A DNA stretch of 35,884 nt from Thermodesulfobacteriota bacterium. Its GTDB lineage: Bacteria; Desulfobacterota_D; UBA1144; Nemesobacterales; UBA2774. The first letter of the stretch is position 1. The number at the start of each line of letters is the position of its first letter. The notes below the pieces were generated by a model that was not told the DNA's origin, ran no database searches, and saw only the letters and a program-made list of their open reading frames with translations. A program made the position numbers and the translations under genes. This document shows positions 1-8,878 of the stretch, piece by piece. Where the stretch lies: positions 1-35,884 of the forward strand of contig DATIET010000269.1 of the NCBI GenBank assembly GCA_035455615.1, written 5' to 3'.

Positions 1-2
1 TG

Positions 3-743
3 AACACCGCCATAGTAGCTCAGGGGCAGGGGATCGGGTTCGCGATTCCCATAAAGATGGCCGAGTTCGTAATCGGCCAGCTCAAAGGGGGAGGCAAAGT
101 GGTCCGGGGATGGCTCGGTGTTTACGTTCAGGAGCTCACTCCCGAAATCGCTTCGGGGTTAAGCCTTAACGAGGACGACGGGGTGCTCGTCAGCGACGTC
201 ACTCCTGGGAGCCCGGCGGATAAAGCGGGGATAAAGAGGGGCGACGTAGTCGTGGAATTCGAGGGCAAAAAGGTTGACGACGTGTCCGACCTCACTACCA
301 TGGCGGCCGTTGCCGAGCCCGGTACGGAGGTCAATATTAAATTGATACACGACGGGAAGCCGAGGGACGTGACCGTAAAGCTCGCGGAGGCTCCCGATGA
401 TGGTATCCCTGCCGAGGAAGAGGAGAAGGCGCAAGAGCATCTCGGTCTCAGCGTGAAGGAGGTTAACCCGCAGATCGCCCGGAGGTTCAATCTGGATGTG
501 GATAAGGGAGTGATCATATCTGAAGTCGCGGACGGGAGCCCGGCTGAGGACGCGGGGCTCAGGCCAGGCGATATAATTCTCGAGATCGACAAAAAAGGTA
601 TCACCGACCTGAAACAGTACACTCAGGCGGTCTCGAATGCGAAACCCGGCAGCACGATACTTATCCTGGTAAAGAGGGCCGATACTACTGTCTATGCGGC
701 GCTCAGAGTTGAAAGCGGCGGGGAAAAGAGTAAATCCAACTGA
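3..743 (+). CDS. htrA: HtrA/DegP-family periplasmic serine protease, C-terminal part (5' end outside window)
   Basis: The frame of the 57..743 ORF stays open to the window edge and reads NTAIVAQGQGIGFAIPI, the conserved HtrA segment after the catalytic Ser region. Two PDZ-like segments follow (GVLVSDVTPGSPADKAGIKRGDVV and GVIISEVADGSPAEDAGLRPGDIILEID). Confidence 0.85.
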   Translation, partial: NTAIVAQGQGIGFAIPIKMAEFVIGQLKGGGKVVRGWLGVYVQELTPEIASGLSLNEDDGVLVSDVTPGSPADKAGIKRGDVVVEFEGKKVDDVSDLTTMAAVAEPGTEVNIKLIHDGKPRDVTVKLAEAPDDGIPAEEEEKAQEHLGLSVKEVNPQIARRFNLDVDKGVIISEVADGSPAEDAGLRPGDIILEIDKKGITDLKQYTQAVSNAKPGSTILILVKRADTTVYAALRVESGGEKSKSN

Positions 744-956
744 AACGAAATTGTCCGGGCAGTCCTTTCAGGCGTGCCTGGAGCATCCGACGACAGCGGC
801 TTCCCGAGTCTATCATCACCGCTGCTTAAGGAGAGGGACGTATTCGTTCGTTTACACCGGGTCCGGCTCCATGGGAGAATGATTGCTGCTTTTACTTCCC
901 GTGCCGTGGTGATAAGCTTACTCTCGAAAGCATTGCAATGAGGAGGATCGAGCCGG

Positions 957-2243
957 ATGCCGGATACCGTTACTAACCGTGTGCTAATACTGGGCGGAGG
1001 ATTTGCGGGACTCGAGGTCGCCCAGAACCTCGAAAAGATCTTCAAGCATAGAGACGACGTCGAAATAACCCTCATTAACCAAAACAACTATCTCATATTC
1101 ACGTCGATGCTCGCCGAGGTGGTATCGAGCAGCATCGAAGCCAAGAATATCGTCATACCGCTGAGGGAGTGTCTCAATAGAGCCGGGTTTAAAGAGCTCA
1201 TCGCCGACTCCATAGACCTCGTTAAAAAAACTGTCTCGTGCCGACGGCCGGACAACAATGAAAACTTCACGCTCGGATACGACTACCTCGTTCTCGCTAT
1301 GGGGTCTATTACCGGGTTCCACGGGGTCGAAGGGGCGGAGGAGTATTCATTTCCTCTCAAGAACCTCGCCGACGCGATGGAGCTCAGGAGTCATGTGATC
1401 GATATGTTCGAAATGGCCGACTTGGAAGGGGACCACGACGTAAGGAGGAGGCTCCTCACGTTCGCTGTTGTAGGCGGGGGCTATACGGGCATAGAAGTCG
1501 CGGCAGAGCTTAACGATTACGTGGACGCGAGCAGGAGGTTCTACAAGAACGTCAAATCTGACGAGGTCAAAGTAGTCGTCATCGATCCCGGGGACCGGAT
1601 CATGCACGAGATGAGCGAAGGGCTCGCTGACTACGGGATGGCGCTCCTCAAGAAACGCGGGATGGAATTCCGCCTCAATACGAGGATATCCAAAGTCACT
1701 CCTGATTCCGTGGAGACCGCGGACGGTGGAAAGATCGAAACGCACACTGCTATCTGGGCCGCGGGCACGTCGCCTCAGCCGGTTATCGCCGCGCTCCCCT
1801 TTGCTGACAAGAAAGGGAGGATAGAGGTAAACGACTATATGGAAGTCCCCGGGTTCCCGGGCGTCTGGGCGCTCGGCGACTGCGCAGTGATACCCGACCC
1901 TCACACCGGTAAGCCGTATCCGCCGACGGCTCAGCACGCGACCCGGGAGGGCAAGCGCACCGCTTACAACGTCGCGGCCTCAATTAACGGGAAAGAGGGG
2001 GACAGGAGGCCCTTTATATACAAGACGCAGGGCATGCTGGCCCCGCTCGGACACAGGTCTGCGGTCGCCGAGATAAAAGGTCTCAAGTTCTCCGGGTTCT
2101 TCGCCTGGGTGCTCTGGCGCTGTATCTATCTCGGCAAGCTGCCGGGATGGGACAGGAAGATAAGGGTCGCGATAGACTGGTTTCTCGACATATTCCTTCC
2201 GAAGGACATAGTACAGCTCAAGTTTCTGATGAGGGTGCGTTAG
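957..2243 (+). CDS. ndh: Type II NADH:quinone oxidoreductase (NDH-2) / FAD-dependent pyridine nucleotide-disulfide oxidoreductase
   Basis: 428 aa. Two Rossmann dinucleotide motifs (VLILGGGFAGLE, AVVGGGYTGIEVAAE) and a WALGDCA motif. GGAGG sits about 9 nt upstream of the ATG. Confidence 0.75.
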   Translation: MPDTVTNRVLILGGGFAGLEVAQNLEKIFKHRDDVEITLINQNNYLIFTSMLAEVVSSSIEAKNIVIPLRECLNRAGFKELIADSIDLVKKTVSCRRPDNNENFTLGYDYLVLAMGSITGFHGVEGAEEYSFPLKNLADAMELRSHVIDMFEMADLEGDHDVRRRLLTFAVVGGGYTGIEVAAELNDYVDASRRFYKNVKSDEVKVVVIDPGDRIMHEMSEGLADYGMALLKKRGMEFRLNTRISKVTPDSVETADGGKIETHTAIWAAGTSPQPVIAALPFADKKGRIEVNDYMEVPGFPGVWALGDCAVIPDPHTGKPYPPTAQHATREGKRTAYNVAASINGKEGDRRPFIYKTQGMLAPLGHRSAVAEIKGLKFSGFFAWVLWRCIYLGKLPGWDRKIRVAIDWFLDIFLPKDIVQLKFLMRVR

Positions 2244-2267
2244 TCGGAAGCTGCCGACAAACGCTGA

Positions 2268-3668
2268 TCATTTCTTTTTTCTCGAAGATAGAAATTCGAC
2301 GAGGTCGCTCAGCTCCTGGTTGTTGAGAGTCCCTCCGAAGCCCGGCATGTTCAGTCCTCCGTTCATAATCCTCCACGTGAGCTCGTTCGCGCTCAGTCTG
2401 TCCCCTATGTATGTGAGGTCGGGCCCCCTGAGCCCTCCGTGCCCGGATATCGTATGGCAGTACAGGCAGCCTTTGTCGTTAAAGTTCATCCCCCCACGCC
2501 AGAGTGGCCCGCTGTCAGCGCCTATTATCTCCGCTGTTAGGGGCTTCGCGTCGAAGTGGGGGGACCAGGGCGACGTTATTCCTATTGCCCACAGCCCCGA
2601 TATCGTCGCAATAGTGAGCGCCACGATAGCGACGGCCCACGGACGGCGGAGCGGGCTCCTCTCTCCTCTATTCGAGATGAACGGGAGGCAGAAGAGCAGA
2701 AGTCCCACCAGGAGAGGCCCGAACACCATCAGGTACGTCTCGATTTCTGGCGGCATGAGCGCCAGGAACGCGAAATAAAATACGAAGTACCAGTCGGGCA
2801 CCGGGAGCGCGTGGATGTCGGACGGGTTGGGCGGAGGCCCCAGCTCCGGGGGCCCTATTATGATTGCTATCGCCAGTATCGTGCATATGACTATAAAACC
2901 GAAGACCATGTCCTTCCAGGCGGCGTCGGGCCAGAAGGGGATACCCTTCTGCTTGACCATGGCCTCGTACTTCTCTCTATAGCTGGCGGGATCGACAGGG
3001 TCTCCCGCTCTCGGGAACTCGGAGATACCGTTCTTAATCACGAGGTAGAGGTGAAATCCTATGAAGACGAAAAGAAGCGCCGGTATGAGGAATACGTGGT
3101 AGGCGAACATACGGCTGAGAGTCGTGCCCCCGACCGTGTCGCCTCCGAGTATGAAGTCGGCGAGCCACTCCCCAAGGAGAGGCACGCGCCCCGCCTGCTC
3201 GGCGGCCACTATCGTCGACCACACGGCCGTCTGGTCCCACCTCACTACCTGCCCGGTGAATCCCATAACTATGGTGAGCGCCAGGAGGACAACACCCGAT
3301 ATCCAGTTCATTTCCCTCGGGAACTTGTAGGCCGCGGTGAGATAGACCTGGATCATATGTATGCCTACGAGGAGTATCATCGCCGAAGCGCCCCAGTTGT
3401 GCATACCCCTTACTATCCTTCCGAAGGTAGTCTGGGTGGTGATGTACTGGAGGCTCTGGTACGCCTCGCCTGAGGAGGGGACGTATATGAATGCGAGCGT
3501 TACGCCTGTAGCCACCTGGAGCATGAACGTGAACAGCGTGGCGCTCCCGAATACGTAGAACCACGTCGCGGTGTTCGGGGGGACGGCGTGTCTGGCTATC
3601 GGCCCTATGGCGCCCGAGAGGCCGGTGCGGTCGTCAAACCAGAGCCATGTGCGCTTGAGAAAATTCAT
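2268..3668 (-). CDS. Cytochrome b (full-length, b6-like) fused to a C-terminal monohaem cytochrome c domain
   Basis: 466 aa, polytopic. Helix-B His pair has 13 residues between (GMHNWGASAMILLVGIH). Helix-D His pair has 14 between (YHVFLIPALLFVFIGFH), the b6/Firmicute-type spacing. The Qo-site motif is PDWY. The C-terminal soluble domain carries CLYCH (CxxCH). Confidence 0.85.
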   Translation of the reverse strand: MNFLKRTWLWFDDRTGLSGAIGPIARHAVPPNTATWFYVFGSATLFTFMLQVATGVTLAFIYVPSSGEAYQSLQYITTQTTFGRIVRGMHNWGASAMILLVGIHMIQVYLTAAYKFPREMNWISGVVLLALTIVMGFTGQVVRWDQTAVWSTIVAAEQAGRVPLLGEWLADFILGGDTVGGTTLSRMFAYHVFLIPALLFVFIGFHLYLVIKNGISEFPRAGDPVDPASYREKYEAMVKQKGIPFWPDAAWKDMVFGFIVICTILAIAIIIGPPELGPPPNPSDIHALPVPDWYFVFYFAFLALMPPEIETYLMVFGPLLVGLLLFCLPFISNRGERSPLRRPWAVAIVALTIATISGLWAIGITSPWSPHFDAKPLTAEIIGADSGPLWRGGMNFNDKGCLYCHTISGHGGLRGPDLTYIGDRLSANELTWRIMNGGLNMPGFGGTLNNQELSDLVEFLSSRKKK

Positions 3669-3717
3669 CTGCTGTACCCCGTATTCAGGTTTATTCTCGA
3701 GGTGATCGTTATAGTTT

Positions 3718-4227
3718 TCATACGGTCGTTATCGGTATAGGGCTCGCCAGTATTTCGACCTGTCCGTTATTTACCCTTACCGGGTACTGATAGAGGCCCC
3801 GAGGCGGCGGCCCGGCGGCGACGGAACCGTCTTCGTAATATACCCCGCCGTGACAGGGGCACATAAAGAGCTTCGCACCCTCTATCCATCTTACGGGGCA
3901 GCCAAGGTGCGCACAGTTTACGGAAAAAGCGATGAATTTATCCTCGCTCTCCCTCCTTAGCCATGCCGCCGACTGCGCCGTCACCCCTGCCCAGGGCAGC
4001 GGAGAAGTGTTCACGTAGTCGACCTTCACGTAGTCTCCTCCGACCTTGAAGCCGTCCACCGTACCAACCACTCTCCATTCGGGCTTTGGCTTCTTTATTA
4101 TAGGGGCGAGTATGGAGCCCACTATAGGGATACCCACGAGTACCGCGGCTATGCTCCCTAAAGCTATGCTCACGTGCATGAAGAACTGTCTTCTTGTGCA
4201 GTCACCCGTTCCAGTCTTTTCGCTCAT
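3718..4227 (-). CDS. Rieske [2Fe-2S] subunit of a cytochrome bc complex, Tat-exported
   Basis: 169 aa. Rieske boxes CAHLGCP and CPCHGG. Twin-arginine signal TRRQFF followed by a hydrophobic helix. Confidence 0.9.
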   Translation of the reverse strand: MSEKTGTGDCTRRQFFMHVSIALGSIAAVLVGIPIVGSILAPIIKKPKPEWRVVGTVDGFKVGGDYVKVDYVNTSPLPWAGVTAQSAAWLRRESEDKFIAFSVNCAHLGCPVRWIEGAKLFMCPCHGGVYYEDGSVAAGPPPRGLYQYPVRVNNGQVEILASPIPITTV

Positions 4228-4549
4228 GTCTCATGTCTCCTATCCATCCTGAAAGCGCTCCTATGAACAGCACGAATCCTATGAAGAAAATTATTATGAT
4301 GGTACTCACGACTTCGTTAAAACCGACGGCGAGCCCCCAGAGCATGAACGTGATCCCGAGCGCCATGATTGCGGGCCAGTAACCGGGTGACGGCAGCTTT
4401 TCAGGGAGCGGCCTGTGCCAGCCGGGTGGTATGCCTTTCTTTAAAGCCTCAGCCTCCATGGCCTGGAAATTGATCGTCCCGCCCGAAGTCCCGTAATCGA
4501 CTGCTGGCGAAGCCGATTTCGGCGCCTGAAACTCGCTTCCCGTGCTCAT
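4202..4549 (-). CDS. Small two-TM membrane protein of unknown function embedded in the respiratory operon
   Basis: 115 aa. Hydrophilic N-terminus, then two hydrophobic helices (YWPAIMALGITFMLWGLAVGF, VVSTIIIIFFIGFVLFIGALSGWI). GGAGGAGAGAGA lies just upstream of the ATG. The stop overlaps the Rieske start by 26 nt. Confidence 0.55.
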   Translation of the reverse strand: MSTGSEFQAPKSASPAVDYGTSGGTINFQAMEAEALKKGIPPGWHRPLPEKLPSPGYWPAIMALGITFMLWGLAVGFNEVVSTIIIIFFIGFVLFIGALSGWIGDMRHERKDWNG

Positions 4550-4583
4550 TCTCTCTCCTCCGTCCCTTTATGTTTTATTTCCG

Positions 4584-5441
4584 TCATGATCGTTTAATCC
4601 CCGTCGTAAATCCCGCTTTCGCGAGCGGATTTGCCCCGACGCGAATACCGGCTGCGTCTGTTTCCGGGGCCGCGTACCACCGTGCGATCGTTACAATGCT
4701 CGCGGCAAGGTATATGAGGCATCCGGGCACCCACATCGTAAGGCCGCCTATCTGCTGGTCCACCCCGGGCGTGATGCAGAGGTCGTTCCTCAAATAAGAC
4801 AGTATCCCCGCCGGGTCAGCCGGGTTTGCGTACGCGGGGTAAAGCCCAGCTCCGGCGAATGTGATGAGCATGCCGAGTATAGTGCAGCCGAGGCAGGCTG
4901 AGGCAAGATAGAGAGTAGCCGCGAGGGGCGCGAGCCTCGCACTCTTGACCGGGGCGAATACTGGCCACCAGAATATAACGCCGGTAAGCACGAAGCTTAT
5001 TTGCTGCGCGATGTAAAGGTTCTCGCTCTTCATGACGGTATCGTGGAGCGGCGGCATGTGCCAGACCCACATCGATCCCACGCCGAGCAGCCATGCCGGT
5101 ACAGGGTTTCCCAGGAATCTGATTACCCTGCCCGCTATAGGCAGCGTCAACGATTTTTCCGCAGCCGTTTCCGGTATCCCCGAGTGAAGCATTAGAGGAA
5201 TTACCAGGAGGAGGAGTATGTGCTGGACCATGTGGGCGCTGAAAAGGTAATTCCGCCCGAGATAGTCGAGCGGGGATGTAAGGGCCAGTACCATGAGCAA
5301 AATCCCCGAAGCGAACATCAGGGACTTTCTGTCGAGCCTGGACCCGGGCATGACAGCGTAAGACGCAATAAGCGCCAGTGCGAAAATAACCGCCCAGGGT
5401 TCAAACGACCATGCCGTGCCTAAAAATTGTGATACGCTCAT
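4584..5441 (-). CDS. ctaG: Cytochrome c oxidase assembly factor CtaG-like (caa3-type) membrane protein
   Basis: 285 aa, polytopic. Sits directly after coxIII. Contains the MWVWHMPPLHD-type segment typical of Bacillus-type CtaG. GGAGAGGG lies upstream. Confidence 0.6.
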   Translation of the reverse strand: MSVSQFLGTAWSFEPWAVIFALALIASYAVMPGSRLDRKSLMFASGILLMVLALTSPLDYLGRNYLFSAHMVQHILLLLVIPLMLHSGIPETAAEKSLTLPIAGRVIRFLGNPVPAWLLGVGSMWVWHMPPLHDTVMKSENLYIAQQISFVLTGVIFWWPVFAPVKSARLAPLAATLYLASACLGCTILGMLITFAGAGLYPAYANPADPAGILSYLRNDLCITPGVDQQIGGLTMWVPGCLIYLAASIVTIARWYAAPETDAAGIRVGANPLAKAGFTTGIKRS

Positions 5442-5475
5442 AGCGCCCTCTCCAAAATATTTGATAAAATAGCTA

Positions 5476-6027
5476 TCATAAGAACGCCCATAGATAAATC
5501 ACGGAAAATACCACTACCCACACGCCGTCGACGAAGTGCCAGTAAAGCGAGATGCACTCGACGGCGTCTGATTTCGGCCCTTTGAAGTCCCCCGCGAGTG
5601 CGAGCCCGAGGAGGAGCGAAAGCATAATCAGGCCCACGCATACGTGAAAACCATGGAACCCGGTGAGAGTGAAGAAAGTCGTGCCGAATACGTTCCGGCT
5701 GATTGTTATGTTCTTGTCTATGAGACCGCTCCATTCGAGGCCCTGCCCGAATATGAAGACCGCGCCTAAAGCGATCGTCGCCAGTATCCAGACCTTGAGC
5801 ATGAAGTGGTTTTTCTCTCTCAGGCTTTTACCCGCAAGCCATATAGTGAAGCTGCTCGCGAAAAGGAACAGGCTGAATATGCCCGTAACTACGGGGTTCA
5901 GGCTGTTTACAGCCGTAGGGCCCGAGGTTACGGAGCCGTGGAAGTTTACGTAGGCGAGTATAAGCATCAGAAAGAATATCGATTCCGAGGCTATGAAAAA
6001 ACCGACGAGCATTTTGTTATTCGCCAT
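5476..6027 (-). CDS. ctaE: Cytochrome c oxidase subunit III (short, 5-TM type)
   Basis: The conserved FFTLTGFHGFHVCVG motif is present. I place the start at the ATG at 6027 (MANNKMLVGFF) because GGAG precedes it and it lies 11 nt after the coxI stop. The longer ORF to 6177 would overlap coxI with an Arg/Gly-rich extension. Confidence 0.85.
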   Translation of the reverse strand: MANNKMLVGFFIASESIFFLMLILAYVNFHGSVTSGPTAVNSLNPVVTGIFSLFLFASSFTIWLAGKSLREKNHFMLKVWILATIALGAVFIFGQGLEWSGLIDKNITISRNVFGTTFFTLTGFHGFHVCVGLIMLSLLLGLALAGDFKGPKSDAVECISLYWHFVDGVWVVVFSVIYLWAFL

Positions 6028-6038
6028 ACATACTTCTC

Positions 6039-7709
6039 CTAAACGATCTTCGCATCGGGCTCGTCCGGCATATCCGGGTGGGCGAGGTCCCAGAGCGGAC
6101 GCCTGCCCCTGACCGGCGGGACGAGCTCGAAATTCTCCACTGCAGGCGGCGATGTGGTGGCCCATTCGAGAGTCCACGCATTCCAGGGGTTATCCCCGGC
6201 GGGCTTCCCGTGCCTGAGACTCACGAGGATATTCCATACGAAGACTATGACCGACAGCCCCAGGATCATCGCCCCTATAGTGGATATGAGGTTCATCGGA
6301 CCCCAGTAGGGCATGTCGTAGTACGTATAAGTGCGCCTGGGCATGCCCATCACTCCCAGGAAATGCTGTATGAAGAACGTCATGTTGAATCCGATCACCG
6401 TGAGCCAGAAGTGCCATTTGCCGAGGGTCTCCGAGAGCATCCGTCCCGTGAACTTGGGGAACCAGTAATAAACGCCCGCGAATATGGCGAAGACAGAGCC
6501 GCCGAAGATGGCGTAATGGAAATGAGCTACTATGAAGTAGCTGTCCGTCACGACCCAGTCTATGGGCACAGATGCGATTGCGACGCCCGTGAGGCCGCCA
6601 ATCACGAACTCTATTATGAACGCCGTGCCGAAGAGCATCGGGGTCGCGAAATTTATCCTTCCGCCCCACATGGTCGCCACCCAGTTGAGCACCTTGACTC
6701 CGGTCGGTATGGCGATAAGCATGCTCGCGAGGGAGAAAAATGCGTTCGTTACGTTGCCGAGCCCTACGGCGAACATGTGGTGCGCCCATACGCCAAGGCT
6801 CAAGAGCCCTATAGCCACGGTAGACGCGGCGACGAACTCATAGCCGTAGATGGGCTTCCTCGAGAAGACCGGGATGACCTCCGAGATGATCCCGAAAGCC
6901 GGGAGTATTAATATGTAGACTTCTGGGTGGCCGAACCCCCAGAAGAAGTGCTGCCAGAGTATGGCCGAGCCGCCGTGCGCTGGGGTGAAGAAGGTCGCGC
7001 CCAGGATGCTGTCGAGGAGCATCATGGCGAAAGCTGCGGTGATTATGGGTATCACGAATACGAGGAGGAGCGACGTGACAAGCATCATCCACACGAAAAG
7101 GGGTATCCTGCGCATCGTCATTCCCGGGGTCCTCATAGTCAGTATCGTGACGACGTTGTTGAGCCCCGAGGCGACCGAGCCTATTCCTGAAGCGAGGAGG
7201 CCGAGCGCCCAGTAAGTTGGCCCCTTGTTGAGAGAGAAAGGCTTTTCACTTAACGGGGCGTACGCGAACCAGCCGACGTCCGGCGCGCCGCTCTGCGTGA
7301 AAAAACTGTAGTAAAGCAGTATGCCGCCAAAGAAAAAGAGCCAGAAGCTGAGCGCGTTCAGACGTGGGAAGGCCATGTCGCGCGCGCCTATCATGAGAGG
7401 GAGGAGGTAAACGCCCACCCCGATGAGGAACGGCATGACGACGAAAAATATCATCGTGGTGCCGTGCATCGTAAAAAGCTGGTTATATAGCTCGGGCGTA
7501 AGGAAATCGTTTCCGGGGTGAGCGAGCTGTACTCGTATAAGGAGCGCTTCGACGCCTCCCAGAAGGAAATAGATGAGTGTTATGATGAGGTACATGATCC
7601 CTATCTGCTTGTGGTCTACGGAAGAGACCCAGCTGAGTAGCCCGTTATTCGCCTTTAGCGAAGGCAGGGGTACGGTATTCTCCGGCACGAGGGGGATTCT
7701 ACTGCTCAT
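6039..7709 (-). CDS. ctaD: Cytochrome c oxidase subunit I (haem-copper oxidase, A-type)
   Basis: 556 aa. FWGFGHPEVYILILPAFG and WAHHMFAVG motifs, 12+ TM pattern. The start overlaps the coxII stop by 11 nt. Confidence 0.95.
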   Translation of the reverse strand: MSSRIPLVPENTVPLPSLKANNGLLSWVSSVDHKQIGIMYLIITLIYFLLGGVEALLIRVQLAHPGNDFLTPELYNQLFTMHGTTMIFFVVMPFLIGVGVYLLPLMIGARDMAFPRLNALSFWLFFFGGILLYYSFFTQSGAPDVGWFAYAPLSEKPFSLNKGPTYWALGLLASGIGSVASGLNNVVTILTMRTPGMTMRRIPLFVWMMLVTSLLLVFVIPIITAAFAMMLLDSILGATFFTPAHGGSAILWQHFFWGFGHPEVYILILPAFGIISEVIPVFSRKPIYGYEFVAASTVAIGLLSLGVWAHHMFAVGLGNVTNAFFSLASMLIAIPTGVKVLNWVATMWGGRINFATPMLFGTAFIIEFVIGGLTGVAIASVPIDWVVTDSYFIVAHFHYAIFGGSVFAIFAGVYYWFPKFTGRMLSETLGKWHFWLTVIGFNMTFFIQHFLGVMGMPRRTYTYYDMPYWGPMNLISTIGAMILGLSVIVFVWNILVSLRHGKPAGDNPWNAWTLEWATTSPPAVENFELVPPVRGRRPLWDLAHPDMPDEPDAKIV

Positions 7710-8721
7710 CCAGCGCCTCCAGGTATGCGACTATGGATTTCACTTCCGAATCCGAGAGCTTCATGTTGGGCATGAAAGCCCCCTGTTTATACCTCTGGGG
7801 GTTGGCGAGCCATTTGGCCAGGTTCTCGGGCGTATTCGTTAGCACCCCGGCGCCTATAGTAGCGCGGTCGGCGAGATGGGTCAGATCGGGCCCGACCCTC
7901 GCTGCCGCTGCCGTCCCGCGTATCGTATGGCAGTTCATGCAGGCCATCGTCTGGAAGAGCTTCGCCCCCTCCCCGGCTATTCCCTCGGTCGGAGTGCGGG
8001 GTATGGCGAGCTGCTCGTCCTGCCATTTATTGAATTCATCCTCCGGCTCCGCGACGACGCGTATACGCATGTTGGCGTGCTGTTCGCCGCAGAACTCGGC
8101 GCAGGCGCCGAGGTACACGCCGGGCTTTCCCGCCACAAGCCAGATGTAGTTGGGGTGTCCCGGGACGAGGTCTATTTTTCTCCCGAGCTCGGGCACCCAG
8201 AAGTCGTGTATCACGTCTATGGATTCGAGACGGACGAGCATTTTTTCCCCTGCCGGTATGTGTATCTCGTTTGAGGTCGATACACCTGAAGACGGATACC
8301 GAATCTCCCACCACCACTGATGGCCTATTATGACCAGGTCGGGCTCCCTGTCTCCGGCCGGGGGGTCCACTGTTTTCATAGTGCTGCACGTAAGAAGGAA
8401 AAGCACAGCGACCATCGCTATCGGTATCGCTGTCCAGACTATTTCGAGCTTTATGTTGCCGAAATCCTGATAGGGCTCGCTGTCGTCGCCCGGCTTCTTT
8501 CTGTACCGGATGATTATGTACGCGACTGCAATGACGATGATGCCGAGTATCACTACGGTTATGGCTATCGTATAGTAGGTTAAACCGGCCATCGCCTCCA
8601 TTTCGGGTGAGCTGGGATTGAAGAGGCCGCCAAGGTTTTCCATTGTGATTTGTCGGAGCGAAGGATTTAAATCGATCGTTAATTCGAACCCCAAATCATT
8701 ATAATGACTAGCGTGCTTCAT
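7699..8721 (-). CDS. ctaC: Cytochrome c oxidase subunit II with C-terminal cytochrome c domain (caa3-type)
   Basis: CuA site CAEFCGEQHANM. C-terminal CMNCH (CxxCH) domain. I prefer the ATG at 8721 (GAGAGG 8 nt upstream). The GTG at 8730 and ATG at 8643 are alternatives. Confidence 0.9.
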   Translation of the reverse strand: MKHASHYNDLGFELTIDLNPSLRQITMENLGGLFNPSSPEMEAMAGLTYYTIAITVVILGIIVIAVAYIIIRYRKKPGDDSEPYQDFGNIKLEIVWTAIPIAMVAVLFLLTCSTMKTVDPPAGDREPDLVIIGHQWWWEIRYPSSGVSTSNEIHIPAGEKMLVRLESIDVIHDFWVPELGRKIDLVPGHPNYIWLVAGKPGVYLGACAEFCGEQHANMRIRVVAEPEDEFNKWQDEQLAIPRTPTEGIAGEGAKLFQTMACMNCHTIRGTAAAARVGPDLTHLADRATIGAGVLTNTPENLAKWLANPQRYKQGAFMPNMKLSDSEVKSIVAYLEALDEQ

Positions 8722-8878
8722 TGTCAACACCTCTCACGAATTCGGGAAGTCATTCCGCCGTTATTTTGAGATAACGGGATGCAATTTATGGTATTCTCTT
8801 GCATAATAGCAGTAGCTCAGCATAATAGAAATTTGGTTTTTCTTGACTTCAACGGAAAGAGTTACCTTTGCCCTCTAA

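Noticed and set aside
2556-3473. 305-aa plus-strand ORF opposite cytochrome b. The same applies to 6078..6911 opposite coxI and 1347..1937 opposite ndh.
   Set aside because: These are shadow ORFs antisense to well-supported membrane and redox proteins, with highly charged, Arg/Glu-rich and implausible products.
6028-6177. N-terminal 50-codon extension of the coxIII ORF. The same applies to the 52-codon extension of hisS at 26356..26511.
   Set aside because: The extensions are Arg/Gly/Ser-rich and lack an SD. The coxIII extension overlaps the end of coxI. Internal ATGs with good SD sequences give proteins that begin where homologs normally do.
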